NCBI GenBank assembly: GCA_024137785.1
Contig: JAHRHZ010000250.1
Coordinates: 1,346,515 to 1,410,514, forward strand
Length of the DNA: 64,000 bases
Direction: 5' to 3'
DNA from: Ginglymostoma cirratum
Lineage: Eukaryota
In this document: in pieces, positions 25,230 to 38,904 of the stretch
Layout: the number at the start of each line of letters is the position of its first letter
Numbering within the stretch: the stretch's first letter is position 1
Notes under the pieces: generated by a model
What the model saw: the letters and a program-made list of their open reading frames with translations, nothing else
What the model was told of the DNA's origin: nothing
Database searches by the model: none
Position numbers and translations under genes: made by a program

Positions 25230-25985
25230 AACATTAGGACTAGGAGCAGGAGCAGGCAATATAGCCCGTCAAGCCTGCTCCAAAACTTAATGCAATTACA
25301 TGGCAGGTCATATTTCGACTTCACTCTCCTCCCTATTCCCCATAACAGTTAACCCATTAATAACTTAAAATTTGTGCATCTCCCCCTTCCCTCAACCCCG
25401 CCCTTAAATACAATATGTCTTGCTGCAATTGTGCAGGATCTTCTAACCACAGCCTTGGAGTACTGTGTGTTTCTTTGGTCTTCCTATCTTAGGAAGGATG
25501 TTCTGGTCATGGAAGGAGGGCAACAAAGCTTTATCCAGACTGTTTCGTGGGATGGCAGGACTGGCCTATGAACACAAATTGGATTGGTTAAGGCTATATT
25601 CATGGATATTAGTAAAATGATGAGCAATCTCTAGGAAACCTATAAAATTCAAATAGAAGTGGACCATGTAAACGCAGGAAGGATATTCCCAATAAACTGG
25701 GCAATCCAGAACCGGGGCTTACATTTTAAAGATAAGGGGTAGGCCATTTTGGACACAACCTCAGAAACTGGTCAACCAACGGAAGGTTTTACACGTGAAG
25801 TGGTTGAGGTTAAAGGATGAAATAATTTCAGAAAGCGTGAGATATACTTTTCAGGGCTAAAAGGGTCAAAAGATATGGAGAGAAAGCTGGAACGAGATCC
25901 TAAGTCAGATATCATTCCTGATCATGTTGAATAGTGCAGCAGACTCGAAGAATAAAATTACTTATTTCTGCTCCTATTTTCGATG
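25230..25985. mobile_element. Two CR1-type LINE fragments in opposite orientation
   Basis: Minus-strand 3' tail ~25230-25380; plus-strand LEYCV..WS.YLRKDV remnant and 3' UTR ~25440-25985. Confidence 0.65.
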
Positions 25986-26559
25986 ATCAGGAGAAATAAC
26001 AACCGTCCATCTCCAGTCAATTCCACAAATAACTTTCTGTTCTGAAAGTAAGCATTGGGTGTCTGAAAATAGAGAGAAAAAAAGGAGATAACAATTTCAT
26101 TCAATTATTTTGAACAGAATCGAGCCCCTGCATTAAAGTAAACAAAAGGGATAGCGATGTAATGAAATATACCAACATCCTATTCTGGATTTTGATTACT
26201 ACTGATTACAATGGGCCCTAGAAAAATATTAGTTCCTGATAAAATTTTGAAGCAACTGCATCATCTGGGAATTAATGATTTGTTTTACGGTATCTGTCTC
26301 AACCATTCTGTTATCAGGAGAATGGTCTTACCTGCGCTGATTATTTGTATAGGCAGAACTGCTCATAAGTGAGTAACGTCACTTACAGCGCATAGAATAA
26401 AAAGCAAACTTCCTCCTTTCAGATATCTTAACTTGAATCCCTACCTTTAACAATGTTTCTGAATCTTTGGGTTTTATTGCCGTTGTGTACTTATTTTTTT
26501 ACAAGCAATGCAGATTTGCGTGCTCAGATAGTGAGGTGAAGAAACGTTTATTATTTTCA

Positions 26560-27080
26560 GTGATGTGGAGGTGCCAGTGTTGGACTGGGGTGGACAAGGT
26601 CAGAAATTAGATGGCACCCCAGGTTATCATCCAACAGGTTTATTTGAAATCACAAGCTTTTGAAGCGCTGCCCATTCATCAGTTGAGTGAGAGGAAAATA
26701 CACAGGCACAGAATTTATAGTTAGAAAGATCAATGGGCAGAGAGATCAAACTATCATACAAATTGTGTGAGTGGAGTGTCGACAGACCAAATAATAGATG
26801 TCTGCAGGTGATAAAGAAAGTCAGACGGTGTGAGTAAAGTGTCAACAGCCGAATAACAAGTGAAATGATGACCGATAATTCAATTAAATGAGACAGAGAG
26901 ATAATTACGATAAAATAATGTTCTATTATTCAGCCTTTCGACACTCCACTTACACTATGATCTTTTGATCTCTCTGCTCATTGTCCTCTCTGCCTGTGTG
27001 CTTCTTTCTTACTTCACCCGAAGAAAGGGCATTGCTCAGAAAGCTTGTATTCCAAGTAAATCTGTCAGATTATAACTTGT
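26560..27080. mobile_element. Non-autonomous Penelope-like fragment with inverted arms
   Basis: 26622-26800 and 26920-27078 are degenerate reverse complements (AGTGGAGTGTCGA / TCGACACTCCACT; CAAGCTTT / AAAGCTTG). Confidence 0.6.
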
Positions 27081-28335
27081 TTTGTTTGAATCATAGCATT
27101 ATTTTCAGTGACATTTAACAGTCTTTGGAATTCGTTGTAGATAAGAAAAATATTTGATTTGGAGAAAATATAAGCATATACGTGCATAATCAGTAACGTA
27201 TCGTAAGAGAAAAGAGAACTTCACAAGTCAAAGAATGAAATAAAAACAGAAATTGCTTGAAAAAGTCAAAGGGTATGGCAGTATCTTTGAGAGAAATCAG
27301 AGTTCAAAGAATGAATGTATTTCAGCAAACTAAAGTTGTGTGATGTAGCACTTGAAAATATGAACTAATATAAAAGTTAACAGTTTTGAGTCATGACTAT
27401 TTAAAATGCTCACATAATGCAGATTCTTGTTATGACCTTTATTATCTTTCACATTAACCAAAACAAATTTCTCTGTCTTCTGAACTTGAACAAGTGGTCC
27501 TAATGATTTTACCTCTTTGGGGTTAGTTCTTTCACATGTTTGAAGGAACTAAATGTGTGATTCACTTCAGAAAAGACTGGCTCATATATGTGTGCCTGCA
27601 AAATATTGAGTGCTGTAGATAATAGTGAGAGTGTAACAATTTAACTTGGAACAGAGTGCAAGGCTTGTGAAGGGATTGATGGTTCACATGAAACTCTCAG
27701 TGTTGATGCAAGGTTGGTGATTAGACCATTTTCTTCGTAGGTTATTGTAGACTATGAAATTTACTCCACATCAAATAACTGTAAAATAGTTACAAGGATA
27801 AACACTAACTACTGTAGATGCTGAATAGCTCAAATAACAACAGGATATACTAAACACACAGCCATTCTCGCTGCATTTTCGGAAAAGAGAAAAGTTAACA
27901 CTTTAACTTTGAAACTTGCTCTTCTGAAGAATTCATATCAATTTGAAACGTTGACTTTGTTTCACTCTCTACTGAATTTCCACAGCACCTTACATGATGA
28001 TATGGATGTCTAGACGAGAAATGACAGTTTATGCGAACTTCATTATGGTAATCTTATTGTTTAGATCATAGAAGTGTGTAAAAGAAGGACGGCATAATCT
28101 AGTTTACTTAAGTGAGAATTACAGCAAGTTATAGACTGGAGATCATATCAGGATTGTCCGTAATGGATTATATGAGGAATCAATGGCTTATGTTGTATCC
28201 TTAGATTTTGCTTTTATTTCGACTGTCACATATACTGCAACCCGTATCTTACAATTTCTGATACAATTCAGTTCTAGCTATAAATTTGGGAACAGGGAAA
28301 GCAAGTGCAGAGTTGTGAAATACATGTTAACATAA

Positions 28336-28580
28336 TTTTTAATTGTACAACAATAAACGTCGGTATCTGCAGTCATTCCAGAACTTTCAGCTTTAAGAAG
28401 TGAACATTATTTTGATTGGCCGAATTTCAACGTGCCGGTGTTCACAAATAAGAAGCTGAGATGTGACTGGAGATCCGGACAGCCCCTTTGTAGTACCCAG
28501 ACACCACCACGTCCGATCAAACACAGAGCGCATTTGGATCGCGAACATCTCCGTCGGGTTTATTCAGGAAACTAATGGAA
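28336..28580 (+). promoter_or_regulatory. cPcdh promoter cassette (unit 5)
   Basis: GATTGG, CCGGTGTTCACAAAT, GATCCGGACAGCCCC, TACCCAGACACCACCACGTCCGATCA. Confidence 0.8.
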
Positions 28581-28725
28581 ATTTTGAAGAAAAGTAGAAG
28601 ATTTAAATGCGATATTTCCGAAAGATTTATGAAGCAGTCAGGTACTTGTTACATCGCAGTTTTGTTTTTGACGTTTCACATGGTGAACGCACGTTCTGAA
28701 ACAAAGGGAATCTTTACCGCTAGAA

Positions 28726-31188
28726 ATGAGATATAAAACATACTGGTTGCTAAAATGCCAATTATTCTACTGTGCGTTGTACATGTGGAATCCAGTGCTT
28801 GGGCTGATTCGTTACTCAATTCCCGAAGAACTGCAGCTGGGTTCCTTTGTTGGGGACATCGCCGAGGATTTGGGTTTGGATGTAAAGCAGCTCTCAATTC
28901 GTAGTTTTCGGATTGTATCCAAGCCCAGGAAACAATATTTGGATGTAAATTTAGACACTGGAATTTTACTTGTGAAGGATAGAATTGACAGAGAAGAGAT
29001 TTGCGGCCTGAGCCTGAGTTGTGTTTTATTTTTGGACGGTTTGCTTGAAAACCCCTTAAAGCTGTACCCGATTGCAGTAGAGATCGTCGATATAAACGAC
29101 AATGCTCCCATTTTCCCAAAGATACAATTCCGCGTTGAAATTTCGGAGCTTTCTACCGCGGAATCGCGTTTTCCCCTTGAATCTGCATACGACTCAGATA
29201 TTGGAACGAACGCCGTGCAAACCTACGAGCTCCAACCGAATAATTATTTTATTCTAGATGTGCGCAGCGGCGAAGAAAAGATGCCAGTATTGGTGTTGCA
29301 GAGTCCCTTGGATAGAGAAACCGAATCCAGCCACAGTTTAACGCTGATAGCCAAGGACGGCGGGGTCCCTGTGCGATCGGGCGTGTTGCAGATCTCAATT
29401 ATCGTAAAGGATGCAAACGACAACGCCCCTGTCTTCCCCGAGTCAGAATATGGAGTCAACATATTTGAGAATTTAGCCACAGGAACACAGGTAATCATAT
29501 TAAATGCCACTGACTTGGACGATGGTCCCAATGGAGAGATAAACTACTCGTTTGGTAGCCACACGTCAATTACAGCTCGGGAACTGTTCGGCATAGATTT
29601 CAAAACTGGTGCGATCACAGTGATAGGGAAGTTGGACTATGAAGCAAACAAGGTCTTTGAGATTGCCGTTCAGGCAGTAGACAGGGGTTCAGAGGCAATG
29701 TCCGGGCACTGTGTAGTTTTCGTGAATATTATTGACGTGAATGATAATCCCCCTGAGGTGACTTTGACGTCTTTGTCGACTGCAGTATCGGAAGATGCGC
29801 CAATTGGGACTCTAGTTGCTCTGTTCAGAGCAACAGATAAAGATTCGGGGAGATATGGACAGGTACAATGTCAAATTTCAAATAAACTGCCATTTAAACT
29901 GGACTCCTCGTTGGAGAATTATCATGGAATACTTGTTCAAAATCCACTGGATCGTGAAAATACCTCGTTGTATGATATTAGTATCACATGCTCGGATGCA
30001 GGAAATCCTCCGCTTGTATCAGGAAAAAACGTTCGAGTCGACGTTTCGGATATAAATGACAATGCCCCACGGTTCACTCAGTCATTATATACCGCAAACG
30101 TAATGGAGAACAATGCGATTGGCGCTTCTATATTTTCCATTACAGCTTTTGATCCAGATGTTGGACTAAATGCTCTACTGAAATATTGTATCCTGGAGAC
30201 TCAAGTTCACAACGTCCCCATAAATACATACATCTCGATTGACTCGGAAACTGGTGTCCTATTCGCTCAGCGAACTTTTGATTACGAGGAATTGAAAAAC
30301 TTTCTGTTCCAAGCTCAGGTCGTGGACTCTGGGTCGCCATCACTCGCAAGTAATGTTTCAGTAAAAGTTATTATCCTTGATCAGAATGACAATGTTCCAG
30401 TTATTGTGCAGCCAAAAGCAGAGTTTGGGGCAACAGCCATAGAGACAATATCCAGACTTGCAGAACCAGGTTCTTTGGTTGCGAAAGTATCGGCCACTGA
30501 CGCGGACGTTGGACAAAACGCTCTGCTTTCTTATTCGATTTTCCAATCATCCAATCATAATCTTTTTACTATTTCCCCAGACACTGGGGAGATTTGGACT
30601 ATCCGTCGTCTTGAGAATAGAGATGCAAATAAGCAAAGTTTGATTATTGTAGTAAAAGATAATGGAACACCATCACTTTCTGCCACAGTAACAATAATCT
30701 TATCTGTGATAGGCAGTGACACTGAAACATTCTCCAGTGTCAGTGATTTGGCTCAAGAACCCGTGTTCACTCATGATTTGAGCTTTTCCTTGGTCATTGC
30801 ATTAGGTGCTATTTCTATAATTTTTCTCGTGATTTTAATAGTCCTCACCGTGATGGTTCATAAAAACAGAAATGCTTCAATTCGTCAGCAATGTTCCCTG
30901 GTGGCGTGTTGTTGTCTTGAATCAAGGCATTCTTTGAATGGACTTCAAAAAGCCAGCCGAGAACTCCAAATACCCCCGCACTATGTTGAAGTATTCGGTG
31001 GTGATCCACTTTCTCAAAGATTCCGCTATGAGTCATGTTCAACATTGCAGTCAACAAAGAGAGACTTCACACCCTCAAAACCATCTAGGTCATCTACAGA
31101 CAAGTATTATTTCCAGAATATGTCTATTAGGAAAGAAGGTACGACAAAGATTAATTCTGAAAATCACAGCATCCCATTAAATAACGAG
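28726..31188 (+). CDS. Clustered protocadherin variable exon (unit 5), 821 codons
   Basis: Intact signal-EC1-6-TM-cytoplasmic ORF; donor GAG|GTAAGG. Confidence 0.95.
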
Positions 31189-31799
31189 GTAAGGCTCTTG
31201 TAATACGCAAAATTATTAATGAAACTGCTTTGGATTTCTAGATATATTTCTGACAGTGATTATGTGTTGAAATGAGCAGGATAAAATGTAAGATCTTAAA
31301 TGCATCATTCTAGTTTTTTGCAATTTCTGTTCACAGTATCGTCTGCAACGCTCTCCCGTAAGAACTATAACTTTCCTCTAAGATTTTCTGTAACTTACTA
31401 TGCTGTCTGGCTTAATTTAAATTGTGTTCTTCAAGTCCTATTTGCCTGTTGGCACTTTCTAAAATAAGGATGTTTGCTTGAATTTAAGAGAATTGTTGTA
31501 TTCATTCCCAGACTGAACAATTACATCTAAGTACAAGGGATATTTCCATGCAGCCATATACCTGTGAAAGCACAGAACACTTTCATGACTAGTGGAGCAC
31601 CAATTCCACACAGGTACTAGAAACCAGTGATTACTTGCTAGATAATATGCTTTGAGCTGGCAGCTGCTATGAACTTCAAACAACATATGTTTGGCATCAT
31701 ATGATGCTAAACTGATCAGGTAATGATGTAGATTTCAAGAATACAAACTGTAACTCATTGTATGCCACAGGAATCAGTGCTGAGCCCACAGTTATTTAC

Positions 31800-32750
31800 T
31801 ACATATATGGTAAGATAATGTGCTATAGCCAGCTTTGCAAATGACACAAATATAAATGGGAAGGCAAGTGATGGGAGAAAGCAAAGAGTCTGCGGTGATA
31901 TATACACAAGTTATGCAGCTGCACAAAGTAATTGGCAGAGGGAATATATTATGGGAAAATATGAGATTATGCATTTTGGTAGGAACAATAGAAGAGCTGA
32001 ATATTATTTACATTTGGTAAGACAGCAGAAAACTACAGATAAGAGGGATTTATGTGTCCTCATACATGAATTACAAAATACTAGCATCCAAATCAACAGG
32101 AAATATGGGAGGAAAATGGAATGTTAGCCATTACTTCAAAGAGAAAGAATAAATGTAGGGAGGTTTTGCTGAAACTATACAAGGTACTGGTATAATGTGG
32201 GCAGTTTGAGTGTGCTTCATCTAGAAAAGGTATACTAGCATTTGTGAGAGCCTAGAGAACGTTCACTTAGCTAGCACCAGGTATGGAGCGATTGTCTTAA
32301 GAGGACAGGTTGTGTAGTTTGGGCCTATATTCGCTGGAAATTAAAGGAATGAGGGGCAAACTTATTGAAACCAGCAAGATATTTAAGCGACTTAACAGAG
32401 TAGGTGCAGAGAGGGTGTTTCCACTGAGAGTAGAGTTTGAGAGAAGAGGGCATTATCTCAGTGTAAAGGTTCACATGTTTAAGACAGAGATAAGGAGGAA
32501 TTTCTTTCCTCAGAAAGTAGTGACTCTGTGAAATTCTTAAACTCAGGTGCCTGTCAAAGTTGGGTCATTAACTATATTCAGCGCTGAGACAAATAGATTT
32601 TTGATCAATAAAAAAAAACAAGGGTCATAGAGAAAAAGACTGGATAGCAGTGTTCAAGGTTATCAGATCAGCCATAATCTCATTGAATGGTGGAGCAGAC
32701 ATGATTGACTGAATTGAGTCCTTCTGCTCTTACATCATATGCTCTTATGG
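31800..32750 (+). mobile_element. CR1-type LINE 3' fragment
   Basis: ORF2 C-terminal remnant LGLYSLE..MRGKLIET.KI...RRNFFPQKVV. Confidence 0.75.
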
Positions 32751-33249
32751 CAGTAGTAGTTGTCAAAAAATGTTTTATTGAATTCAATATTTTGAAATTA
32801 ATCATTCTTAACTTTTGTAGAAAGCATTGATTGTAGGTGTCATATTCATTCAAACTTAATTTTAAATACCACCAAAAAATTAAATGGTTGCACACCGACA
32901 ACTGTTGAATGAAAACTTACCATTTAGGAGATTCTGACAATAAGACCAGTTGATTTGAACATTGTACATCTCTGGTCACTAGTTTAGAATCCATTCTGCT
33001 TTCTAGGCTGTAATCTATTAAATGTAGCATCTGACCTTCAACAGCAAAAGGAGAGATAGGAACTTTATCCAATTATACTTTACAGAACTGAGCCCCTTGC
33101 AGAAGAATGAAAACAGCAGTGGTATAACACAATGCACCAACCTTCTCTTACGTACACGAAAGTTGATTAATTCTGCAAAATTAAAATTAAGATTGAAGTT
33201 AGATGAGGAATTTTGAGGTTACTAAATCTCCATAATATAAGTACAATTG

Positions 33250-33489
33250 AATACTAATTTAGTCCTGACAACATGTTTCATGTATCTAAAATGGGCAGCA
33301 CTTAGAATCAAAGTAATCACGTTCAATTAAAAAAGCTAATGTGATTTGAGTCCACTTTTCATCTAAATTATATTCAATATTAATTTAGTCCTGACACCAT
33401 TTTTCAAACATCTAAATCTTAGAATAATAATAAGAAATATTCAATTTTTAAAAGCTAATATCATTTGAGTCCACTTTTCATCCAAATTG
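33250..33489. repeat. Two-copy tandem duplication of ~120 bp
   Basis: TAATTTAGTCCTGACA...AAAAGCTAAT...ATTTGAGTCCACTTTTCATC occurs at 33250-33369 and 33377-33489. Confidence 0.85.
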
Positions 33490-33789
33490 CGAAAATGTTT
33501 CTCAATCATGGAAGTGACATGCCAGAGGCACAAAAATCCGAAGGTGATATTTGCCCAGAAAGGCCACACCATTAGATTGAATAAAATTCTTCTCAGACAT
33601 ACTAATCAAGTGTAAATCAATCAATATCTTTAATGAGTAATTCCAAAGGTGATTTGATAACAGTGCAAAAGTGAGACTACTTCAAAATTTTCAGATTCGT
33701 TAAAGAGATGGCAGGTGATCTTTAGAAATTCACAATTAGCTTTATTCCAAAAGACTGAGGTGATTTTCTAAACCAATGAAACAAATCCA

Positions 33790-34440
33790 GACTGAAGGAC
33801 ATGGGAGCAGTTTTAAGACGTTTAACCCATCAAATACGTTTCACCATTCAATGTGATAACAGCTGACTTGATGATTCTCAGTGTCACTTTTCCTCATAAC
33901 CCTTAATTCCATAACTCAATGAAAATTGGTCTACGTTAGCCTTGAATATACTTAATGACCCAACCTTGACAGCTCCGTATGATAAAGAATTCCATAGATT
34001 TACTTTCCTCTCAGAGAAGACATTCTTCTTCACTTCTGTCGTAAATATATGATTTCTTATCATGAGATTACGCCTTCTCGTGCTAGACTGTTCCACAAGG
34101 GGAAACAACCTTTGTGCAACTACGCCACCATGTCCTCACAGAATCATGTATCTTTCTTCAAGGGCACCGCACATTCTTCTATAGTCCAACGAATGCAGGC
34201 CCAATCTATTCAACATCTTCTCATGTCTTTCTCTTCAGAGTTGGTATCAGCCTAGTGAACCTTCTTTTGACAGCCTCCAATGTCGATACATCTTTCTTCA
34301 GATAAGGGGCCCAAAACTGTTCCCAACAATTCCAGCAGTGGGCTGACGAGTGCCTTGTCTAGATTTAGCAAAATTTCTCTACTTGTAAATATCATTCCCT
34401 TTGAAATAAAGGCCAATATCCCATTTGTCTTTCCTGCTGC
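33790..34440 (-). mobile_element. CR1-type LINE 3' fragment
   Basis: ORF 33884-34108(-) MFPLV...KNVFSERKVNLWNSL typical of the CR1 ORF2 tail. Confidence 0.75.
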
Positions 34441-35929
34441 TTGTTAAAATTGTATGTTCACTGTTTGAAATTGATGGGCTAAGACTCCCACTGACTGTTC
34501 TGTTGCTCTCTGCATTCATTCTCAATAGAACTGACAATCAAAGACACCCTGATACTAAATTGCTACGACCACTACAATTACATTGCATAAAATTAGAAGA
34601 ACCATTTAGGTAAAGCACCTATCTCAACCTCCTACTTTGTTGTCAAGGTAATTTCAAGTACTTCTACAGGTTATTTACATGTTCTGAGCTCCTCACAAGA
34701 TACTCCCATTGTACCATTTAGACTGTGAAGGGTCAAGAGAAGACCACTTAAATATTTCAAGGTAAGAAAGCTACAGGATGACTTCTTTTATGAATTCTGT
34801 CTTGAATGAATTCTCACCTTTTATAACGCAGCTGAATCCTATGGGACGACTGTACTGATGTAATTAGTTTTCCCAGTGATGCTGGTTTGTGTAGTCTGAT
34901 AATAATCTAAAATCAAATAATTTGTTCCAGCAGAGCATTTAATGACTAGCAAAAAGAAAAGAAAGATTTTAAGATATGAAATGCTTTTACTTTGGACAAA
35001 ATAAGGGAATCACTGTGTCACTGATTACAAAGAGTAAGAAAATTGAGAATGTTCATAAATCAAACCCTGAAAACGCATAGGCCATATCAAAAAGGTAGCA
35101 ACATCACAACCAGAAAATATGAATGGATTTCGAAGTTAATAGCTTCCAGCCATGCATGGTTAATATGCTGGTATTATGCATTTTTTCCTTTGCCATGACA
35201 AATTCTACAACGTTGTCTTTAGCATGATCAAAATATGTTTTCCTGCCTTACAACTAGAAATGTGTGCCTGATCTTTGTAGGCCTCGGTGATTGAGTGTTT
35301 TTGAACAGCTGAATGAACAACGTGTGTACTTCAGTTTTTAGGAAATACAGGCACATTTATGCTTGCCTTTATAATATTGAAAGCAATAGAAGACATTGAA
35401 GATAACAAACAATTTAATTTGGACCAGAGTGAAAGATATGTTCAGAGGAGTGGGTGGTCGAGCATTTAATTCTAAACAGTCATGTTTTACTGTCGAAATG
35501 AGAACACTTTTTTTCCCATTGGTTAATGGGTGTGGCACGCAGAGAATGAAGTTTATTGCAAGTCAAACAACACTACAACAAAACGGTTACATGGATTTCT
35601 GGAAACTAAATTAATTTTAGCGTCTATACCAAAACAGTAATGCACACTGTTTAATTAGATCATGGAATGCGTAAATAATTCAGTCTTATTTTCGTGAGAA
35701 TTGACAGCTAGTTGGTAATGAAAAAGTAGAATACAAAAATCATGGATGAATTGTAAACTGAACCATATTCATCAGGACAATGCACCACACTGAATGCTTC
35801 GGTTATATTTCTTCCTTTATTTCTCCTATCTCATGTGCTACAATGCTGTCAAACAAGGCTACTAGCAACTTTCAGTTCTAGAGATAGAATTGGAAGCATG
35901 CAGTTTGGGAAATAGATCGTCATGTAGTT

Positions 35930-36170
35930 ATTAATTGTGCAACAATAAATCTAAACATGAGCATTTCATTCAGACCGTCCAGCTTTAAGAAATCGAGATT
36001 AATTTGGTTGGTTGAATTTCAATAAGTCGGTGTTCACCAATCAGAAGCTGAGTTGCGTTTGGGGATCCGGCCAGCCCCTTCACGACACAGACACCATCAC
36101 ATCCGATCAGACGCAGAGTAAAATTAGATAGCGAGCAGCTCGGCAGGATTTGTTCACAAATCCACTGAAA
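35930..36170 (+). promoter_or_regulatory. cPcdh promoter cassette (unit 6)
   Basis: GTCGGTGTTCACCAATCAGAAGCTGAG (CCAAT 36037, 306 bp upstream of ATG); GACACCATCACATCCGATCAGACGCAG. Confidence 0.8.
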
Positions 36171-36342
36171 ATTTCAGAGAAAAAAAAGGATATTAAATCA
36201 AATAATCCCACGAATTTGTGAAACATTCAGGTATTTATTACATGGCAGTTGTTTCGGATATAAAATACATTGACATAGCTATGAAGAGGATAATTCATGG
36301 TGCGGGAATGTTCTGAAACAACGGGAATGTTTAACGCTGGAA

Positions 36343-38808
36343 ATGAGATGTAAAATATATTGGATGCTAAAATGCCGGACACTGTGCTGTGTACTCTCCT
36401 TGTGGAACCTGGTGTTTGGACAAATTCATTACTCGATTCCTGAAGAACTGCAGCTGGGCGCCTTTGTTGGGAATGTCGCTGAAGATTTGGGCTTAGATGT
36501 AAAACTGCTCGCGGCTCGCAGTTTTCGGATTGTGTCCGGGCCCAGGAAACAATATGTGGACATAAACCTGGACACTGGTATTTTGCTGGTGAAACAATCA
36601 ATTGACAGAGAAGAGATTTGCGGCCCAAGCTTGAGTTGTGTCTTATCTTTGAGCGGTTTGCTTCAAAATCCCTTAAAGCTGTACCCGATTGCAGTAGAGA
36701 TTCTCGACATAAATGACAACACTCCCAGCTTCCTAAAGAGACAATTTCACCTTGAAATTTCAGAGCTTTCTTCGCCGGGAACGCGCTTCCCTCTCGAGTC
36801 GGCGAACGATCCAGACGTTGCAACCAACTCCGTGCAAACCTATGAGCTCCTTCCCAACAATTACTTCGTCCTTGATGTACAAATGCACGATGGGGAAAAA
36901 TTGCCAGTTTTGGTGCTGCAGAGTTCCTTGGACAGAGAAACTGAATCCAGACACAGTTTGACACTGATAGCCAAGGACGGCGGCATCCCTGTGAGATCGG
37001 GCACTGTTCAGGTTTTAATCACCGTAAAGGACAGAAACGACAACGCCCCTGTCTTCCCCCAGTCGGTTTACAGAGTCAGCGTGTTGGAGAATGTAGCAGC
37101 AGGAACGCAGGTAATCAAATTAAATGCCACTGACTTGGATGGTGGTCCTAATGGAGAGATAACCTATTCACTCAGTAGCTACAATTCTGCCAAATCTCGG
37201 GAAAAATTTAGTGTGGATTCGAAAACTGGTGAAATCAAAGTTAGAGCGAAGTTGGATTATGAAGAAAGTACGGTATTTGAAATTAATATTAAAGCCGTAG
37301 ACGGAGGTTCTGACGCTATGTCGGGGCACTGTGATGTCTTAGTAAATATTATTGACGTGAATGATAACCCACCGGTGGTAACATTGACTACTTTGAAGAG
37401 TACACTCTCTGAAGATGCTCCATTTGGGACTGTAGTCGCTCTGTTCAGTGCAACAGATAAAGATTCGGGGATAAACGGGCAGGTACATTGTAAAATTCCG
37501 ATTAAACTACCCTTTAGCCTAGATTCGCCTTTGGAGAATTATTACGGATTAATTGTTCAACATCAGCTGGATCGAGAAAGTATCTCCAAGTATGACATTA
37601 CTGTAACGTGCACGGATGCAGGGAATCCTCCTCTCACATCCAAAAACACCATTCGGGTAGAGATTTCCGATATAAATGACAACGCGCCGAGGTTTGCGCC
37701 GTCTTCATACAAGGCAAGCGTGATGGAGAACAATGATTTTGGCGCTCCTATATTTTCCATTTCAGCCTTTGATACAGATATTGGCCTGAACGCTCGATTG
37801 AAATACTCTATCCTGGAGACTCAAGTTCACAACGCCTTGGTATCCACTTACGTCTCTATTAACTCGAAAACTGGAGTAATATTCGCACAACGATCCTTTG
37901 ACTACGAGAAATTGAAAAGTTTCCAGTTCCAAGCTCAGGTCATGGATTCTGGATCGCCACCATTGGCCAGTAATGTTTCAGTGGATGTTGTTATCCTTGA
38001 TCAGAATGACAATGTCCCAGTAATCGTGCAGCCAATGGCCGAATTTGGATCAGCCACAGTGGAGACAATATCCAGGTTCGCAGAACCAGGCTGTTTGGTT
38101 GCCAAAGTATCTGCCACTGACGCTGACGCGGGTCAGAACGCTCGCCTTTCTTACTCCATTATTGAAGCTACCCATCGTAATCTATTTACTATTTCACCAG
38201 ACACTGGGGAGATTTGGACTATCCGGCGCATTGCGAGTAAAGATTCTACGAAGCAAAGCTTGGTGATTCTCGTAAAAGACAATGGAAAACCATCTCTTTC
38301 TGCTACAGTGACCATCATCTTATCTGTGGTTGGTGGTGACACTGAAACATTCTCCAGCGTCAGTGGTTCATCTAAGGACCCTCGCTTCGGCCCTGATATC
38401 AGTCTTTCTTTGGTCATCACCTTAGGGGTAATTTCTATCGCTTTTCTTGTGATTTTAATTATTCTCGCTGTGAAGGTTCATAAAAGCAGAAATGTTTTAG
38501 GTGGTCAGCACTGTTCCCTGGGGGCATGTTGCTGCCTTGAAAACAGACATTCTCTGAATGGAATTCAAAAGGCGAGTAGAAACCTTCAGATACCCCCAAA
38601 CTATGTTGAAGTATTCGGAGGTGATCCCCTTTCTCAGCGCTTCCGCTATGAGTCATGTTCGACATTGCAGTCAACAAAGAGAGACTTCGTAACCCCCAAC
38701 ATGTGCAGGTCATATACTGACAAAAAGTATGTTCGGAATGATTCTCTTGAGAAAGAAAGCACGAGAATGATTGACTCTGAATGTAACAGCAACTCTGTAT
38801 ACAAAGAG
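36343..38808 (+). CDS. Clustered protocadherin variable exon (unit 6), 822 codons
   Basis: Intact signal-EC1-6-TM-cytoplasmic ORF; donor GAG|GTGAGG. Confidence 0.95.
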
Positions 38809-38904
38809 GTGAGGTTCTTTTAAAAAGTTAAGGTATTGACAGATTTGATTTGGTAATATATTTCTCAAAGGGTTGAGACATTTGGAGACACGGAATATGC
38901 TGGG

